Below, piece by piece: positions 1-9,216 of a stretch of 33,887 nucleotides of DNA; the stretch's first letter is position 1; each line of letters starts with the position of its first letter. The translations under genes and the position numbers were made by a program. Source of the DNA: an uncultured Desulfonema sp. (GTDB taxonomy: Bacteria > Desulfobacterota > Desulfobacteria > Desulfobacterales > DYRC01); assembly GCA_964564775.1 (NCBI GenBank), contig CAZMDM010000131.1, positions 1 through 33,887 on the forward strand, in the 5' to 3' direction. Below the pieces are notes generated by a model. The model saw only the letters and a program-made list of their open reading frames with translations. It was not told where the DNA came from and searched no databases.

Positions 1-387
1 GGGAAGATGGGAAGAAGAGACAGACAGATCTTCAGCCATCGGCGAGGAAAAGCAGATAATCGCGTCGTAATCCGTATCGCTGAGCCATCTGTCAAACGTT
101 TCCTGAACTGCCCCGTGATAAAAATATCCGACCGAAATCGCGCTGCCTCTCATAAGACTCAGCAAGCCTTTGATTTTGGCAAGCCTTGTATCGAAGGGCT
201 GCACAAATATCCGTCTGCAATATGTTTCCAAATCGCTTCTGAAGCGAATATCTTCCGGCTCATCCGCAAGACATATCAGGTCTGTCTGATGATGTCTGCT
301 TAAATATTTGACTTCATTGAACGAGCGTATTTTGTCGCCTTTGTTCGGCGGATAAGGAATCCGATGTGCCAGATACAACAGTTTCAT
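1..387 (-). CDS. Glycosyltransferase family 4, N-terminal part (gene continues past the left edge); resembles the TIGR03087-type PEP-CTERM/XrtA-associated sugar transferases
   Basis: Absent from the ORF track because it runs off the edge. My translation of the reverse strand from ATG at 387..385 gives MKLLYLAHRIPYPPNKGDKIRSFNEVKYLSRHHQTDLICLADEPEDIRFRSDLETYCRRIFVQPFD... and stays open for 129 codons to position 1. I associate the RIPYPPNKGDKIR N-terminus with exosortase-linked GT4 enzymes. The plus-strand ORF 7..303 is its antisense shadow. Confidence 0.6.
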   Translation of the reverse strand, partial: MKLLYLAHRIPYPPNKGDKIRSFNEVKYLSRHHQTDLICLADEPEDIRFRSDLETYCRRIFVQPFDTRLAKIKGLLSLMRGSAISVGYFYHGAVQETFDRWLSDTDYDAIICFSSPMAEDLSVSSSHLP

Positions 388-522
388 GTCAGGCTCTCAA
401 TCTTTCCGAATTAATCTCCGATCATCGGAAAATATCATATTCGTTTTGAATGTCAATCAAAACAGTGATCTTGATCGAAACTTCACGGCAATTTTTCACA
501 CTTCACATCTGACACTTAGCAC

Positions 523-552
523 TTGACACCCGACATCTGAGGCTGATATTTT
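523..552 (+). promoter_or_regulatory. Putative sigma70-type promoter for wecB
   Basis: TTGACA at 523..528. TG-a-TATTTT (544..552) follows after a 16-18 nt spacer, about 35 nt before the wecB ATG at 589. Pattern match only. Confidence 0.3.
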
Positions 553-588
553 CAAGCTATTATCATTCACCTCAACAGGAAAGATACT

Positions 589-1698
589 ATGAATAAAGTT
601 CTGATCCATCTGATTGCCGCTGCACGCCCCAATTTTATGAAAATCGCGCCGTTGTATCATGCGCTGAAAAAAGAAATTTCTCTGATCCCGGTGATTGTCC
701 ACACGGGACAGCATTATGATCTGAATATGTCGGATGTATTTTTTCGGGATTTGGGACTTCCCGAACCGGATATTCATCTGGGAGTGGGCAGCGGCTCTCA
801 TGCTCACCAGACCGGACAGGTGATGATCGCGTATGAAAAAGTACTGATCGAAAAAAAGCCGGATTTGGTAGTGGTGGTTGGCGATGTCAATTCCACAATG
901 GCAGCCACGATTGCCGCAACAAAATTAGGTATCAAAACCGCTCATCTGGAAGCCGGACTGCGCTCGTTTGACCGAACCATGCCCGAAGAAATCAACCGTC
1001 TGGTTACAGATGCCTTAGCTGATATTTTATGGACACCCTCGCCGGACGGAGATGAAAATCTTCTGAGAGAAGGTGTTTTGCCGGAAAAAATCTGCCGGGT
1101 CGGCAATATTATGATTGACTCTCTGGAAATGCTCAGAGAGAGGATTGAAATTCAGACCGTTTGCGATGAATTGGGCTTGGAAAAAAGAAATTTCGTACTG
1201 GTAACTCTGCATCGCCCCTCCAATGTGGATCATCCCGAAACACTGAAACCACTCTGCCAAGTCATGTCCCGGATATCACAAAAACTTCCGCTTGTGTTTC
1301 CGGTGCATCCCAGAACCCGGAAAAATTTGGAGCAATTCGGGCTGATGGCAATGCTGAATCAATACGAAAATATACGCCTGCTTGAGCCGCAAAGCTATAT
1401 TCGATTTATGAATATGGTGTTCAACTGCCGATTTGTGATTACGGATTCCGGCGGTATTCAGGAGGAAACCAGCTATCTGGGCATTCCGTGTCTGACACTG
1501 AGAGCCAATACCGAAAGACCGGTTACAGTCTCTCAGGGAACCAATAGTCTGTGCAGGCTTGAAGAACTTGAAAATCGAGTTTGCGAAGTTCTTTCGAAAA
1601 AAGACACTCAAAGACCCCGGATCGATTTGTGGGACGGTCATACGGCAGAAAGAGTCGTTCAGTGCATAAAACAGATATTTGCCATTCAATCTGATTGA
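589..1698 (+). CDS. wecB: UDP-N-acetylglucosamine 2-epimerase (non-hydrolysing)
   Basis: 369-aa ORF. The N-terminus is AARPNFMKIAPLYHAL...VHTGQHYD..MSDVFFRDLGLPEPDIHLGVGSGSHAHQTG. Later motifs are VVGDVNST, HLEAGLRSFDRTMPEEINR, TDSGGIQEE and ERP. Length and motif order are typical of WecB/MnaA. Confidence 0.93.
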   Translation: MNKVLIHLIAAARPNFMKIAPLYHALKKEISLIPVIVHTGQHYDLNMSDVFFRDLGLPEPDIHLGVGSGSHAHQTGQVMIAYEKVLIEKKPDLVVVVGDVNSTMAATIAATKLGIKTAHLEAGLRSFDRTMPEEINRLVTDALADILWTPSPDGDENLLREGVLPEKICRVGNIMIDSLEMLRERIEIQTVCDELGLEKRNFVLVTLHRPSNVDHPETLKPLCQVMSRISQKLPLVFPVHPRTRKNLEQFGLMAMLNQYENIRLLEPQSYIRFMNMVFNCRFVITDSGGIQEETSYLGIPCLTLRANTERPVTVSQGTNSLCRLEELENRVCEVLSKKDTQRPRIDLWDGHTAERVVQCIKQIFAIQSD

Positions 1699-1893
1699 GT
1701 CGGGTTTATGGTGGGCAGAGTCTAAAAATTTTCATCGATCGGATACCGGAATTCCAGCCGTTATCCTGATTTAGCTCTTGTCAAATCCGATTATATTTGA
1801 TAAATAGATTCTCTTAAAATAAAGAAGGGAACAGCGCGTTACAGCGGTTCCGGTTTTGCATGAACCTTTAATTTAAAAAGGAGAGTTAAACAA

Positions 1894-3657
1894 ATGGCTT
1901 ACGATGCGACAAAGATGGCTGACTGGCAGATTTCCGAGGCTGCGGAAGTGAACATGCCCACTCCGGATCAGTGGAGAGAGAAACTGGGTCTTGAAAAAGA
2001 TGAAATGCTTCCGATGGGAAGACTTGCCAAACTCGATTTTCTGAAAATCAGTGAACGCCTGAAAAACAGACCGGATGGAAAGTATATCGAAGTAACTGCA
2101 ATTACGCCGACTCCTCTGGGTGAAGGCAAAAGTACGACATCTCTGGGTCTGATCGAAGGCTTGGGCGCTCGCGGCAAGAACGTCGGTGGTGCGCTTCGTC
2201 AGCCTTCCGGCGGTCCTACGATGAACGTCAAAGGAACAGCAGCAGGCGGCGGAAATGCTCTCCTGATTCCCATGACTGAATTTTCTCTGGGTCTGACCGG
2301 TGATATTAACGATATTATGAATGCTCATAACCTTGCTATGGTGGCAATGACAGCCCGTATGCAGCATGAGCGGAATTACAACGATGAGCAGCTTGCCCGT
2401 CTGACCAAGATGCGCCGTCTGGACATTGACCCGACCCGTGTTGAAATGGGCTGGATCATGGACTTCTGCGCTCAGGCAATGAGAAATATCATCATCGGCA
2501 TCGGCGGTCGTCAGGACGGTTATATGATGCAGTCCAAGTTCGGCATTGCGGTTGGTTCCGAATGTATGGCAATTCTGTCTATCATCAATGATCTGGCAGA
2601 CTTGAAAAAACGCCTCAATGAAATCACTGTGGCATTCGATAAGACCGGCAAACCTGTTACCACTGGTGATCTGGAAGTCGGCAACGCGATGACCGCGTTC
2701 ATGAGAAATACCATCAACCCCACCCTGATGAGTTCTGCCGAATATCAGCCGGTTCTGGTTCATGCAGGACCCTTTGCAAACATCGCTGTGGGTCAGTCCT
2801 CCATTATCGCAGACCGCATCGGTCTGAAAATGTTCGATTATCATGTAACCGAGTCTGGCTTTGCCGCAGATATCGGATTCGAAAAATTCTGGAACGTCAA
2901 ATGCCGTTACAGCGGACTCAAACCGCATGTATCCATTCTGACCACCACTATCCGCGCTCTCAAGATGCACGGCGGCGGACCCAAAGTCGTTGCCGGTATC
3001 GCACTGCCTGAAGCATACACCAAAGAAAACGTAGCACTGGTAGAAAAAGGCTGCGAAAACATGGTTCACCTGATCAACGTGATCCGCAAAGCTGGTATCA
3101 ATCCGGTTGTCTGCATCAACTGCTTCCATACAGACACCGAAGCGGAAATTGCTGTGGTCAGAAAAGCTGCTGAAGCTGCGGGCGCACGCTGTGCCAAGTC
3201 CGAACATTGGGCAAAGGGCGGTCAGGGCGCATTGGAACTTGCCGATGCGGTTATTGACGCATGTAATGAAAAGAACGATTTCAAATTCCTGTATCCGCTT
3301 GAAATGAAACTGCGCGACCGCGTTGCGCTGATTGCAAAAGAAGTGTACGGAGCAGACGGCGTATCATGGACACCGGAAGCCGAAGCCAAAGCAAAAATGC
3401 TCGAAGGCGATCCGAAATATGCAGACTATGCAACCATGATGGTGAAAACTCACCTGAGCTTAAGCCATGATCCGGTATTAAAGGGTGTTCCCAAAGGCTG
3501 GACCCTGCCCATCCGCGACGTTCTCATTTATTCCGGCGCGAAATTCCTCTGCCCCTGTGCGGGAACCATCAGCCTGATGCCCGGAACAAGCTCCAACCCG
3601 GCATTCCGAAGAATTGATGTGGATACCAAGACCGGTAAAGTAAGCGGCTTGTTCTAA
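1894..3657 (+). CDS. fhs: Formate--tetrahydrofolate ligase
   Basis: 587-aa ORF with RBS AAAGGAGAG about 8 nt upstream. It carries the P-loop-like [16 protein letters not shown] and [10 protein letters not shown], and ends in the ...[18 protein letters not shown]... C-terminus characteristic of Fhs. Confidence 0.95.
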   Translation: MAYDATKMADWQISEAAEVNMPTPDQWREKLGLEKDEMLPMGRLAKLDFLKISERLKNRPDGKYIEVTAITPTPLGEGKSTTSLGLIEGLGARGKNVGGALRQPSGGPTMNVKGTAAGGGNALLIPMTEFSLGLTGDINDIMNAHNLAMVAMTARMQHERNYNDEQLARLTKMRRLDIDPTRVEMGWIMDFCAQAMRNIIIGIGGRQDGYMMQSKFGIAVGSECMAILSIINDLADLKKRLNEITVAFDKTGKPVTTGDLEVGNAMTAFMRNTINPTLMSSAEYQPVLVHAGPFANIAVGQSSIIADRIGLKMFDYHVTESGFAADIGFEKFWNVKCRYSGLKPHVSILTTTIRALKMHGGGPKVVAGIALPEAYTKENVALVEKGCENMVHLINVIRKAGINPVVCINCFHTDTEAEIAVVRKAAEAAGARCAKSEHWAKGGQGALELADAVIDACNEKNDFKFLYPLEMKLRDRVALIAKEVYGADGVSWTPEAEAKAKMLEGDPKYADYATMMVKTHLSLSHDPVLKGVPKGWTLPIRDVLIYSGAKFLCPCAGTISLMPGTSSNPAFRRIDVDTKTGKVSGLF

Positions 3658-3687
3658 TCCTGATTCAAACACAATAAGATTTATCCT

Positions 3688-3722
3688 AAGGGAGTTGGGA
3701 GTTTTTCCTGACTCCCTTTTCT
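3688..3722. terminator. Bidirectional Rho-independent terminator between the convergent fhs and mrcB genes
   Basis: AAGGGAGT (3688..3695) pairs perfectly with ACTCCCTT (3711..3718) around a 15-nt loop. T-rich sequence follows on the plus strand and A/T-rich sequence follows on the minus strand. Confidence 0.6.
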
Positions 3723-3778
3723 GTCATCTCACAGGTAAGAAAAACCGTGTTATTTCAGGACAGCCAATTTCCCCCATC

Positions 3779-6109
3779 CTATCTTTTGAAACGCATCATA
3801 TTATTGAACCATTTGAATAAAGACGGTTTATTTTGCTGCGAGTTTTCCTCTCTCGGAAGAGGCGCGTGGCATGAACTGCTCTCTTTGGGCGAAGAGCCGA
3901 CAATAAACGGAATGGAAATCGCGTTCTCACAGTTTTCTTCGGTTCTGAGTCCGGTAGTATTGTCCACCGTTACCCACTCGATATTTTCCGGTGCGGAAAT
4001 CTCAAGCGGCTCATTGGCAATTTTCGACATCATGGCAATCCAGACCTGCAACGCGCCGCTCGCGCCGGTCAGTCCGCATGGGGTGTTGTCGTCTTTGCCG
4101 AGCCAGACCACTGCCAGCCGGTTTCCGGTAAATCCCGCGAACCAACTGTCTTTGAGATCATCGGTGGTTCCGGTTTTTCCGGCGGCATGGAGATGCGGTA
4201 ATGCTTTGCCCAGAGATGCTGCTGTTCCTTCGATGCACACTGCCTGAAGAATTTTGCTGACCAGATACACTGCTGCTGCATCAACACTCTGATTCACAGA
4301 AAGCGGATATCTCTGCAACGGGGTCCCATCCTGAGTATGCACGGATCGGATTGCCCGGATCGGCGATGAAAATCCGCCGGAAGCAATGGTCTGATACATT
4401 CTGGCGACTTCGAATACTGACATTTCCGGCGTTCCCAAAAGCGCGGACGGATACGCGGAAAATTCGCGCTCAACTCCGAGACGCCGAACCATTTTCATCA
4501 CATTTTCGACGCCGATGTCCATGCCCACTTTGACGGTCGGAATATTGTATGAATGCGTCAATGCCTGATAGATCGGGATCATGCCGTGATATTGCTTATC
4601 ATAATTCTGCGGACTCCACACTGCCGCGCCGGATTTTACCTGCAAAGGCGCATCTTCGATCATCCGCATCAGCGTATATCTCTGCGGCTGTTCCAGAGCC
4701 GTCAGATATACCACAGGCTTGATCAGAGAACCGATGGGACGCTTGGCATCCAATGCCCGATTGAATCCTTTGAAATGCGTATCTTTGCCGCCGATCATTG
4801 CCAAGACTTCGTTATTTGCCCATGAGGTAACAATTGCCGCAGCTTCGAGACTGCCTTCGCTCTGACGATGCTGGGAATCGAGGCGTTTCATTTGCTCGGA
4901 CGCGGCTTTTTCCGCAGATAACTGCACCTGAGGATCGAAAGCCGTAAATATCTTCAAGCCTTCGGATCGCAGGTCTTCTTCTCGATAATCCTGAAGCAGT
5001 TGACGTTTCACCAAATCCGTGTATGCCGGATAACTCGTGCTGCCTTTCGGCGGTTTGTCAATCACGCCCAAGCCGGATTCACGGGCTTTTTGGGTATCTT
5101 CTTTGGATAACAATCCCTGCTCTTCCAAAATTTTCAAAATCAGATTGCGCCGATCTCTGGCTCTTTGGGCAGAATGCCGGGGATCGTAGTGAGACGCGCC
5201 TCGGAGCATTCCGATCATCAGAGCGATTTCCTGTGCGCGAAGCTCTTCGAGCGGACGACCGAAATAAAAAAAGCTTGCCAGCCCGAATCCGTGAATTGCC
5301 CGATCTCCGTCCTGTCCCAGATACACTTCGTTAAGATATGCCTCCAGAATTTCGTTTTTGTCATAATAGATTTCCAAAAGCATGGCAATGCACATCTCGT
5401 CAATTTTGCGTTTCAGAGTTTTTTCCGGTGTCAGAAAAAAATTTTTGGCAAGCTGCTGGGTCAGGGTGCTGCCGCCCTGAACGGTTTTACCATAGCGGAT
5501 GTTGGCAATCATGGCTCTGAGAATGGCAAGCGGATTGACGCCGTGATGCTGGTAAAATTTGCGGTCTTCCACAGCCAGCAGGCTCTGAATCACAAACGGC
5601 GATACATCCCGGAGTTTGACCAGAATCCGGTCTTCGTTATTGGTCGGGTAAAAGCTGCCGATCATCGCGGGATCGAGCCGGATCAGTGCCGGCGAATTGC
5701 CAGAATCGGTTTCGATAATGCTTGCAATCTTACCGTTCTGAATGACCACGCGGAGCTTTTTAGATGCTTCGGGTTTTCCTGCTTCGATCATAAATGCACG
5801 CGTGGTCAGCGTGAACGTGTTTCCGGTTCGGCTGAATGTTCCCGGAGTGTCTGCTTTTTCCGACACACGATACAGCATGAGTTTCAATTCCTGCTGAAAG
5901 CTTTCCGGGTCGAGCGTCATGCCCGGGTACAGGTCTAATGGGCGCGCATAAATCCGCGCGGGCAGATCCCAGCGTTTTCCCGAAAACCGCTCTCTGACTT
6001 GATGACTCAGACTGAACATATATACTGCTACGCCGATACAGACTGCCGCGCCGCTTATCAGAAATATCAGCAAAATAATACGCAAGGGTTTGGGAATAGA
6101 AAGTTTCAT
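3779..6109 (-). CDS. mrcB: Class A penicillin-binding protein (bifunctional transglycosylase/transpeptidase), PBP1B-like
   Basis: 776 aa with an N-terminal TM anchor. GT51 motifs are EDRKFYQHHGVNP, GGSTLTQQLAKN and RKIDEM. Transpeptidase motifs are SLIK (SxxK), SYN (SxN) and KTGTT. About 130 aa between the TM and the GT51 domain is consistent with the UB2H insertion of PBP1B. Confidence 0.88.
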   Translation of the reverse strand: MKLSIPKPLRIILLIFLISGAAVCIGVAVYMFSLSHQVRERFSGKRWDLPARIYARPLDLYPGMTLDPESFQQELKLMLYRVSEKADTPGTFSRTGNTFTLTTRAFMIEAGKPEASKKLRVVIQNGKIASIIETDSGNSPALIRLDPAMIGSFYPTNNEDRILVKLRDVSPFVIQSLLAVEDRKFYQHHGVNPLAILRAMIANIRYGKTVQGGSTLTQQLAKNFFLTPEKTLKRKIDEMCIAMLLEIYYDKNEILEAYLNEVYLGQDGDRAIHGFGLASFFYFGRPLEELRAQEIALMIGMLRGASHYDPRHSAQRARDRRNLILKILEEQGLLSKEDTQKARESGLGVIDKPPKGSTSYPAYTDLVKRQLLQDYREEDLRSEGLKIFTAFDPQVQLSAEKAASEQMKRLDSQHRQSEGSLEAAAIVTSWANNEVLAMIGGKDTHFKGFNRALDAKRPIGSLIKPVVYLTALEQPQRYTLMRMIEDAPLQVKSGAAVWSPQNYDKQYHGMIPIYQALTHSYNIPTVKVGMDIGVENVMKMVRRLGVEREFSAYPSALLGTPEMSVFEVARMYQTIASGGFSSPIRAIRSVHTQDGTPLQRYPLSVNQSVDAAAVYLVSKILQAVCIEGTAASLGKALPHLHAAGKTGTTDDLKDSWFAGFTGNRLAVVWLGKDDNTPCGLTGASGALQVWIAMMSKIANEPLEISAPENIEWVTVDNTTGLRTEENCENAISIPFIVGSSPKESSSCHAPLPREENSQQNKPSLFKWFNNMMRFKR

Positions 6110-6654
6110 TACTTTTCAAATATTTCCTGAAGTCGGATGTCAATTTTCAGCGTTGCCAGTCTGATTGTTTCATCCCAATTGAAGATTTCGGATATCCGAT
6201 ATTTTTTGTTTCTCAGCACATATCTCTCGATATATTCTCTGTCAGGAAACACGATGATGTATTCTTTAACGCCGAATCGTTCATAGAGATTTTTCTTTTC
6301 CCGGCGATCTCGGAGTTCGGTGGAGGAGGAAATCACCTCGATAATCAGATCGGGCGCGCCCTGAATATTCTGAGGCGTTATTTTGCTTCTGTCGCAGACC
6401 ACAAACACATCCGGCTGAACTACGTTTCCCTCGTCAAATACCACATCGGTCGGCGCAATGCCGGTGTAACACGAATTTTTCCGATGCGTTTTCAGTTTGA
6501 TGTGAAAATTGCTGGCAATATTCTGATGCTTAATCAGCGGCGCGGGACTCATGGCATAAGCCTCTCCGTCAATAATTTCCCACCGTTCTTTGTCCTGCCA
6601 TTGCAGATAATCGCTATAAGTATATCCTGTAATTTTTTCAGCAGCTTCTCCCAT
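6109..6654 (-). CDS. Uma2-family (DUF820) putative endonuclease
   Basis: The ORF track extends it to 6681. The ATG at 6654 is preceded by GGAGG (complement of 6661..6665) at 5-6 nt, so it is the likelier start. Motifs are YSDYLQW...WEIIDGE..MSPAP...HQ, then PDVFVV and APDLIIEVISSST...D...K...Y...GV.EY, the PD-(D/E)xK-like core of Uma2 proteins. Its stop overlaps the mrcB start (TAATG at 6111..6107). Confidence 0.85.
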   Translation of the reverse strand: MGEAAEKITGYTYSDYLQWQDKERWEIIDGEAYAMSPAPLIKHQNIASNFHIKLKTHRKNSCYTGIAPTDVVFDEGNVVQPDVFVVCDRSKITPQNIQGAPDLIIEVISSSTELRDRREKKNLYERFGVKEYIIVFPDREYIERYVLRNKKYRISEIFNWDETIRLATLKIDIRLQEIFEK

Positions 6655-6677
6655 ATAAACCCTCCGATGCTTTCGGA

Positions 6678-7517
6678 TCATGCCAATCCGGCAGTCCCAT
6701 GCCGCAGAGCGATCTTTTCAAACATCTGCGCCATTCCCGCGCCGATGGAAAAGACAGAGCCGATACTCAGATGATCTTCGGCAGTATCGTCGAAAAACAG
6801 ATGCAGATCAGATGCTATGCCTTCATCCGGCAGCCAGTAACAGATCAGAAACGGCACGTTAGGCAGAGGATACAGCACAAGGGAAATATCGGATTGATAA
6901 TGTTTTTCAATCTGTTTCCCGTTGAATAGCCGGATCAGGTCTTCGAAAAATTCAGGGTAGCTGTCCGCAACTTTCTTGATCCGAATCTCGCACTGTTTCA
7001 CAAACAGCCCGTTTCCCGGTCTGCCGTTGGGCAGTTCCCGAAACGGAACCCATATGCCGGAAAGAGCTTTGCCGGAACTGTGAACAACATAGTCCAGAAC
7101 AGGCATCACCAGTCTGGGAAATGCGTGAATATCCGAGAAAAAATTTCCCTGAGAATCAATGCTCACATCTTTTCCAAGAACTTTGAAAGTCAGCCTGCCA
7201 CTGGCAAATCTGCCCCCCAATGCCGGTGCTTTTGCCGCCAGATCGATAGCGGCAACTTGTTGTTTCAGACGCTCCAAATCCGGGATGAGCGAATCTGTCT
7301 CCGCTTCTTTCTGTCCGTTGAATTGTTCAATAATATCCGAAGATAGATGAGGACATTCTCTGAGATGTTTCTGTTCTTTGAAGACCGCTCCGGCAAAAGC
7401 CAGACAGGTCGGCTCAAAACATTCCTGACAATTGGATTTGTTCAGCAGCTTGAATATTTCCATCACATTGTTAAAACGGGCCATCGTTGTTTCCTTGTTG
7501 AAGATATTTTTACGCAA
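6678..7517 (-). CDS. DUF3786 domain protein with an N-terminal putative Fe-S cluster domain
   Basis: 279 aa. The N-terminus LLNKSNCQECFEPTCLAFAGAVFKEQKHLRECPHL has a C-x2-C-x4-C-x16-C spacing, like the small Fe-S domain of RnfB and the CODH/ACS corrinoid protein. By recollection the remainder fits the DUF3786 family that usually follows this domain. Confidence 0.6.
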   Translation of the reverse strand: MRKNIFNKETTMARFNNVMEIFKLLNKSNCQECFEPTCLAFAGAVFKEQKHLRECPHLSSDIIEQFNGQKEAETDSLIPDLERLKQQVAAIDLAAKAPALGGRFASGRLTFKVLGKDVSIDSQGNFFSDIHAFPRLVMPVLDYVVHSSGKALSGIWVPFRELPNGRPGNGLFVKQCEIRIKKVADSYPEFFEDLIRLFNGKQIEKHYQSDISLVLYPLPNVPFLICYWLPDEGIASDLHLFFDDTAEDHLSIGSVFSIGAGMAQMFEKIALRHGTAGLA

Positions 7518-7577
7518 ATCATGCCGTCCGATAAGCGCTTCAGATGAAAGAGCCCAAAGCGCTCCGAAACCGCGGGA

Positions 7578-9125
7578 TCAGCTATCGGCAATTGCAAAAA
7601 TATGCGAGAAATAATTCCGAAGTTCGATATAAAGCCCGGTATCTCTAATCTCTTCTGAAGAACGCAGATAACTCTCATCATTGAGCATATCGTTCAGTCT
7701 GATCTGATCCCCGTATCCGCTCATATCCATCCGGATCCGACATGTAGAAATACTGTCCGCATAATTGACAGCAACCCATATTTTCTCATACCGATATGTC
7801 CATATCCACGCCAAGATATGATGATACGATTCATCTCCCTGATATGCGGGCAATGTTTCAAGCAGCTGCCATTGCCCTTGTCCGAACATATCGCGATGCG
7901 TGATATGCAATAGTTTTTCATAAAATTCAGATATTTCCAAGTCAATCGGCTCCGGTGGCTCCCGTCTAAGCTGAACCGGCAGGCGTATCTGTTTGCCTTC
8001 GAATTGCCCGTCATAATACAAGCGCATTCCCTGCAAGGTACTGATGATGATTGCCGCAGCCTTTGATTTTGCTTTGCCGAACGCGGTAACTGCCCTTTCC
8101 TCATCGTGATTTTCAAGAAATCGGAGCGATTTGTTTTGAAAATCGTCATCTGCCCTCAGATGATCTCTGATACTTCGGGCATTTCCGGCTTTCAGGCGAT
8201 CTGTCAGCCGCTTATCATAAGTAAAATCAAATCCCGACTGCTGAAGTTCCCATTCTTTGTCCCAATAGGCTTCGGCAATGAAAATAAATTCGGGATACTC
8301 CGCTTTGACTGCCCGGATTGCTATTTTCCAAAATTCTTCATCAGGTTCTTTATATCCCATTTCCGCAATCACTGCCTGCCACGTATGCCGAAATGAAGCA
8401 TTAAGCATCAGCATTGCCACATCACACCGCACGCCGTCACAGAATTTTGCAATTTTTCTGAGCATCCGAAGCATAAAACTTCGGGCTTCATAGCTAAAGT
8501 AGTTGATCTGAATTGTATCTTCCCACGCGGGAAAAAACGGGTCGCGCCCATGAGCAAACACTCGCGGCTCATTTTCAAGCGGCTGATAAAAAGTAATCGG
8601 ATCTTTTTTACAAAAATGCCGAGGAGCTTCGAGAAATATTTCAGGATGATCTTTGACAAGAGAACTGTCCGCACTGAAATGATTCGGCACAAAGTCGAGA
8701 ATCAGCTTCATGCCCAAGGAGTGAAGCATTTCACGCGTAAGGATCAGGCTTTCATTTGTGCCGACCATCGGATTGACGTCATAGCGGTCAATCGAATAGG
8801 GAGAGCCGATCACATCCGCATCCTGATAATCGCTTAACGCGTGCCGGAAACTGTCTTTGGTGGGACCTTCCTGAAGGCAATATTTTTCAATCGTGCTTTC
8901 GCAGATTTTCCAGATACCCATCAGCCAGACATAATCGATGCCTTTGTCCGCAAGATTTTTCCAATACGACATCGGTACATCATCCAACATGGCGTGACGA
9001 TTTCCGGTATCGAACCTTCTCAGCCAGACTCTTGTATTGATTTGATAAAGATTGCAGTTCACCGTTTGTCCCCGATTCGTGTAGTAGTTATATCGAATCT
9101 GAAAAATAACCGAATGATAAATCAC
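7578..9125 (-). CDS. GH13 alpha-amylase-family glycoside hydrolase/transferase
   Basis: All four GH13 conserved regions are present: LILDFVPNH (I), GVRCDVAML (II, nucleophile Asp), FIAEAYW (III, acid/base Glu) and FLENHDEER (IV). The codon at 9125 is GTG with no RBS. An in-frame GTG at 9062 follows GGGGA and sits just before the conserved LYQINTRVW, so it may be the true start. Confidence 0.85.
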   Translation of the reverse strand: MIYHSVIFQIRYNYYTNRGQTVNCNLYQINTRVWLRRFDTGNRHAMLDDVPMSYWKNLADKGIDYVWLMGIWKICESTIEKYCLQEGPTKDSFRHALSDYQDADVIGSPYSIDRYDVNPMVGTNESLILTREMLHSLGMKLILDFVPNHFSADSSLVKDHPEIFLEAPRHFCKKDPITFYQPLENEPRVFAHGRDPFFPAWEDTIQINYFSYEARSFMLRMLRKIAKFCDGVRCDVAMLMLNASFRHTWQAVIAEMGYKEPDEEFWKIAIRAVKAEYPEFIFIAEAYWDKEWELQQSGFDFTYDKRLTDRLKAGNARSIRDHLRADDDFQNKSLRFLENHDEERAVTAFGKAKSKAAAIIISTLQGMRLYYDGQFEGKQIRLPVQLRREPPEPIDLEISEFYEKLLHITHRDMFGQGQWQLLETLPAYQGDESYHHILAWIWTYRYEKIWVAVNYADSISTCRIRMDMSGYGDQIRLNDMLNDESYLRSSEEIRDTGLYIELRNYFSHIFAIADS

Positions 9126-9216
9126 GCAGAAGCCTGCTTAAACAGACCTGAGCTTTCAGCCCTGAAATTTCCGAGCCACGGGGCAGATGATGACAGAATA
9201 TTTTTCCGTTTTCATA

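Noticed and set aside
7-303. A plus-strand 98-aa ORF at the left edge.
   Set aside because: The reverse strand over the same bases encodes a clean GT4 N-terminus, open for 129 codons with a recognisable motif. The plus-strand product has no recognisable features.
1699-1893. A possible ZTP (pfl) or THF riboswitch in the 195-nt leader of fhs.
   Set aside because: I found no ACTGGCG...CCGCCTGGGC-type ZTP core. Only a short hairpin is present (GGAAC...GTTCC, about 1831..1854). I cannot exclude a THF-II-type element without a covariance-model search (Rfam cmscan), so it is not claimed.
1873-3207. A 444-aa minus-strand ORF antisense to fhs. Similar long antisense ORFs occur elsewhere: 5165..5938, 13713..14723 and 15018..15770 on the plus strand, and 1276..1689, 19735..20271, 26915..27451, 27855..28364 and 30283..30765 on the minus strand.
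   Set aside because: Each lies wholly inside a gene on the opposite strand that has strong family motifs. Their translations are low-complexity or Cys/His/Arg-rich with no recognisable domains or RBS. They are typical shadow ORFs.
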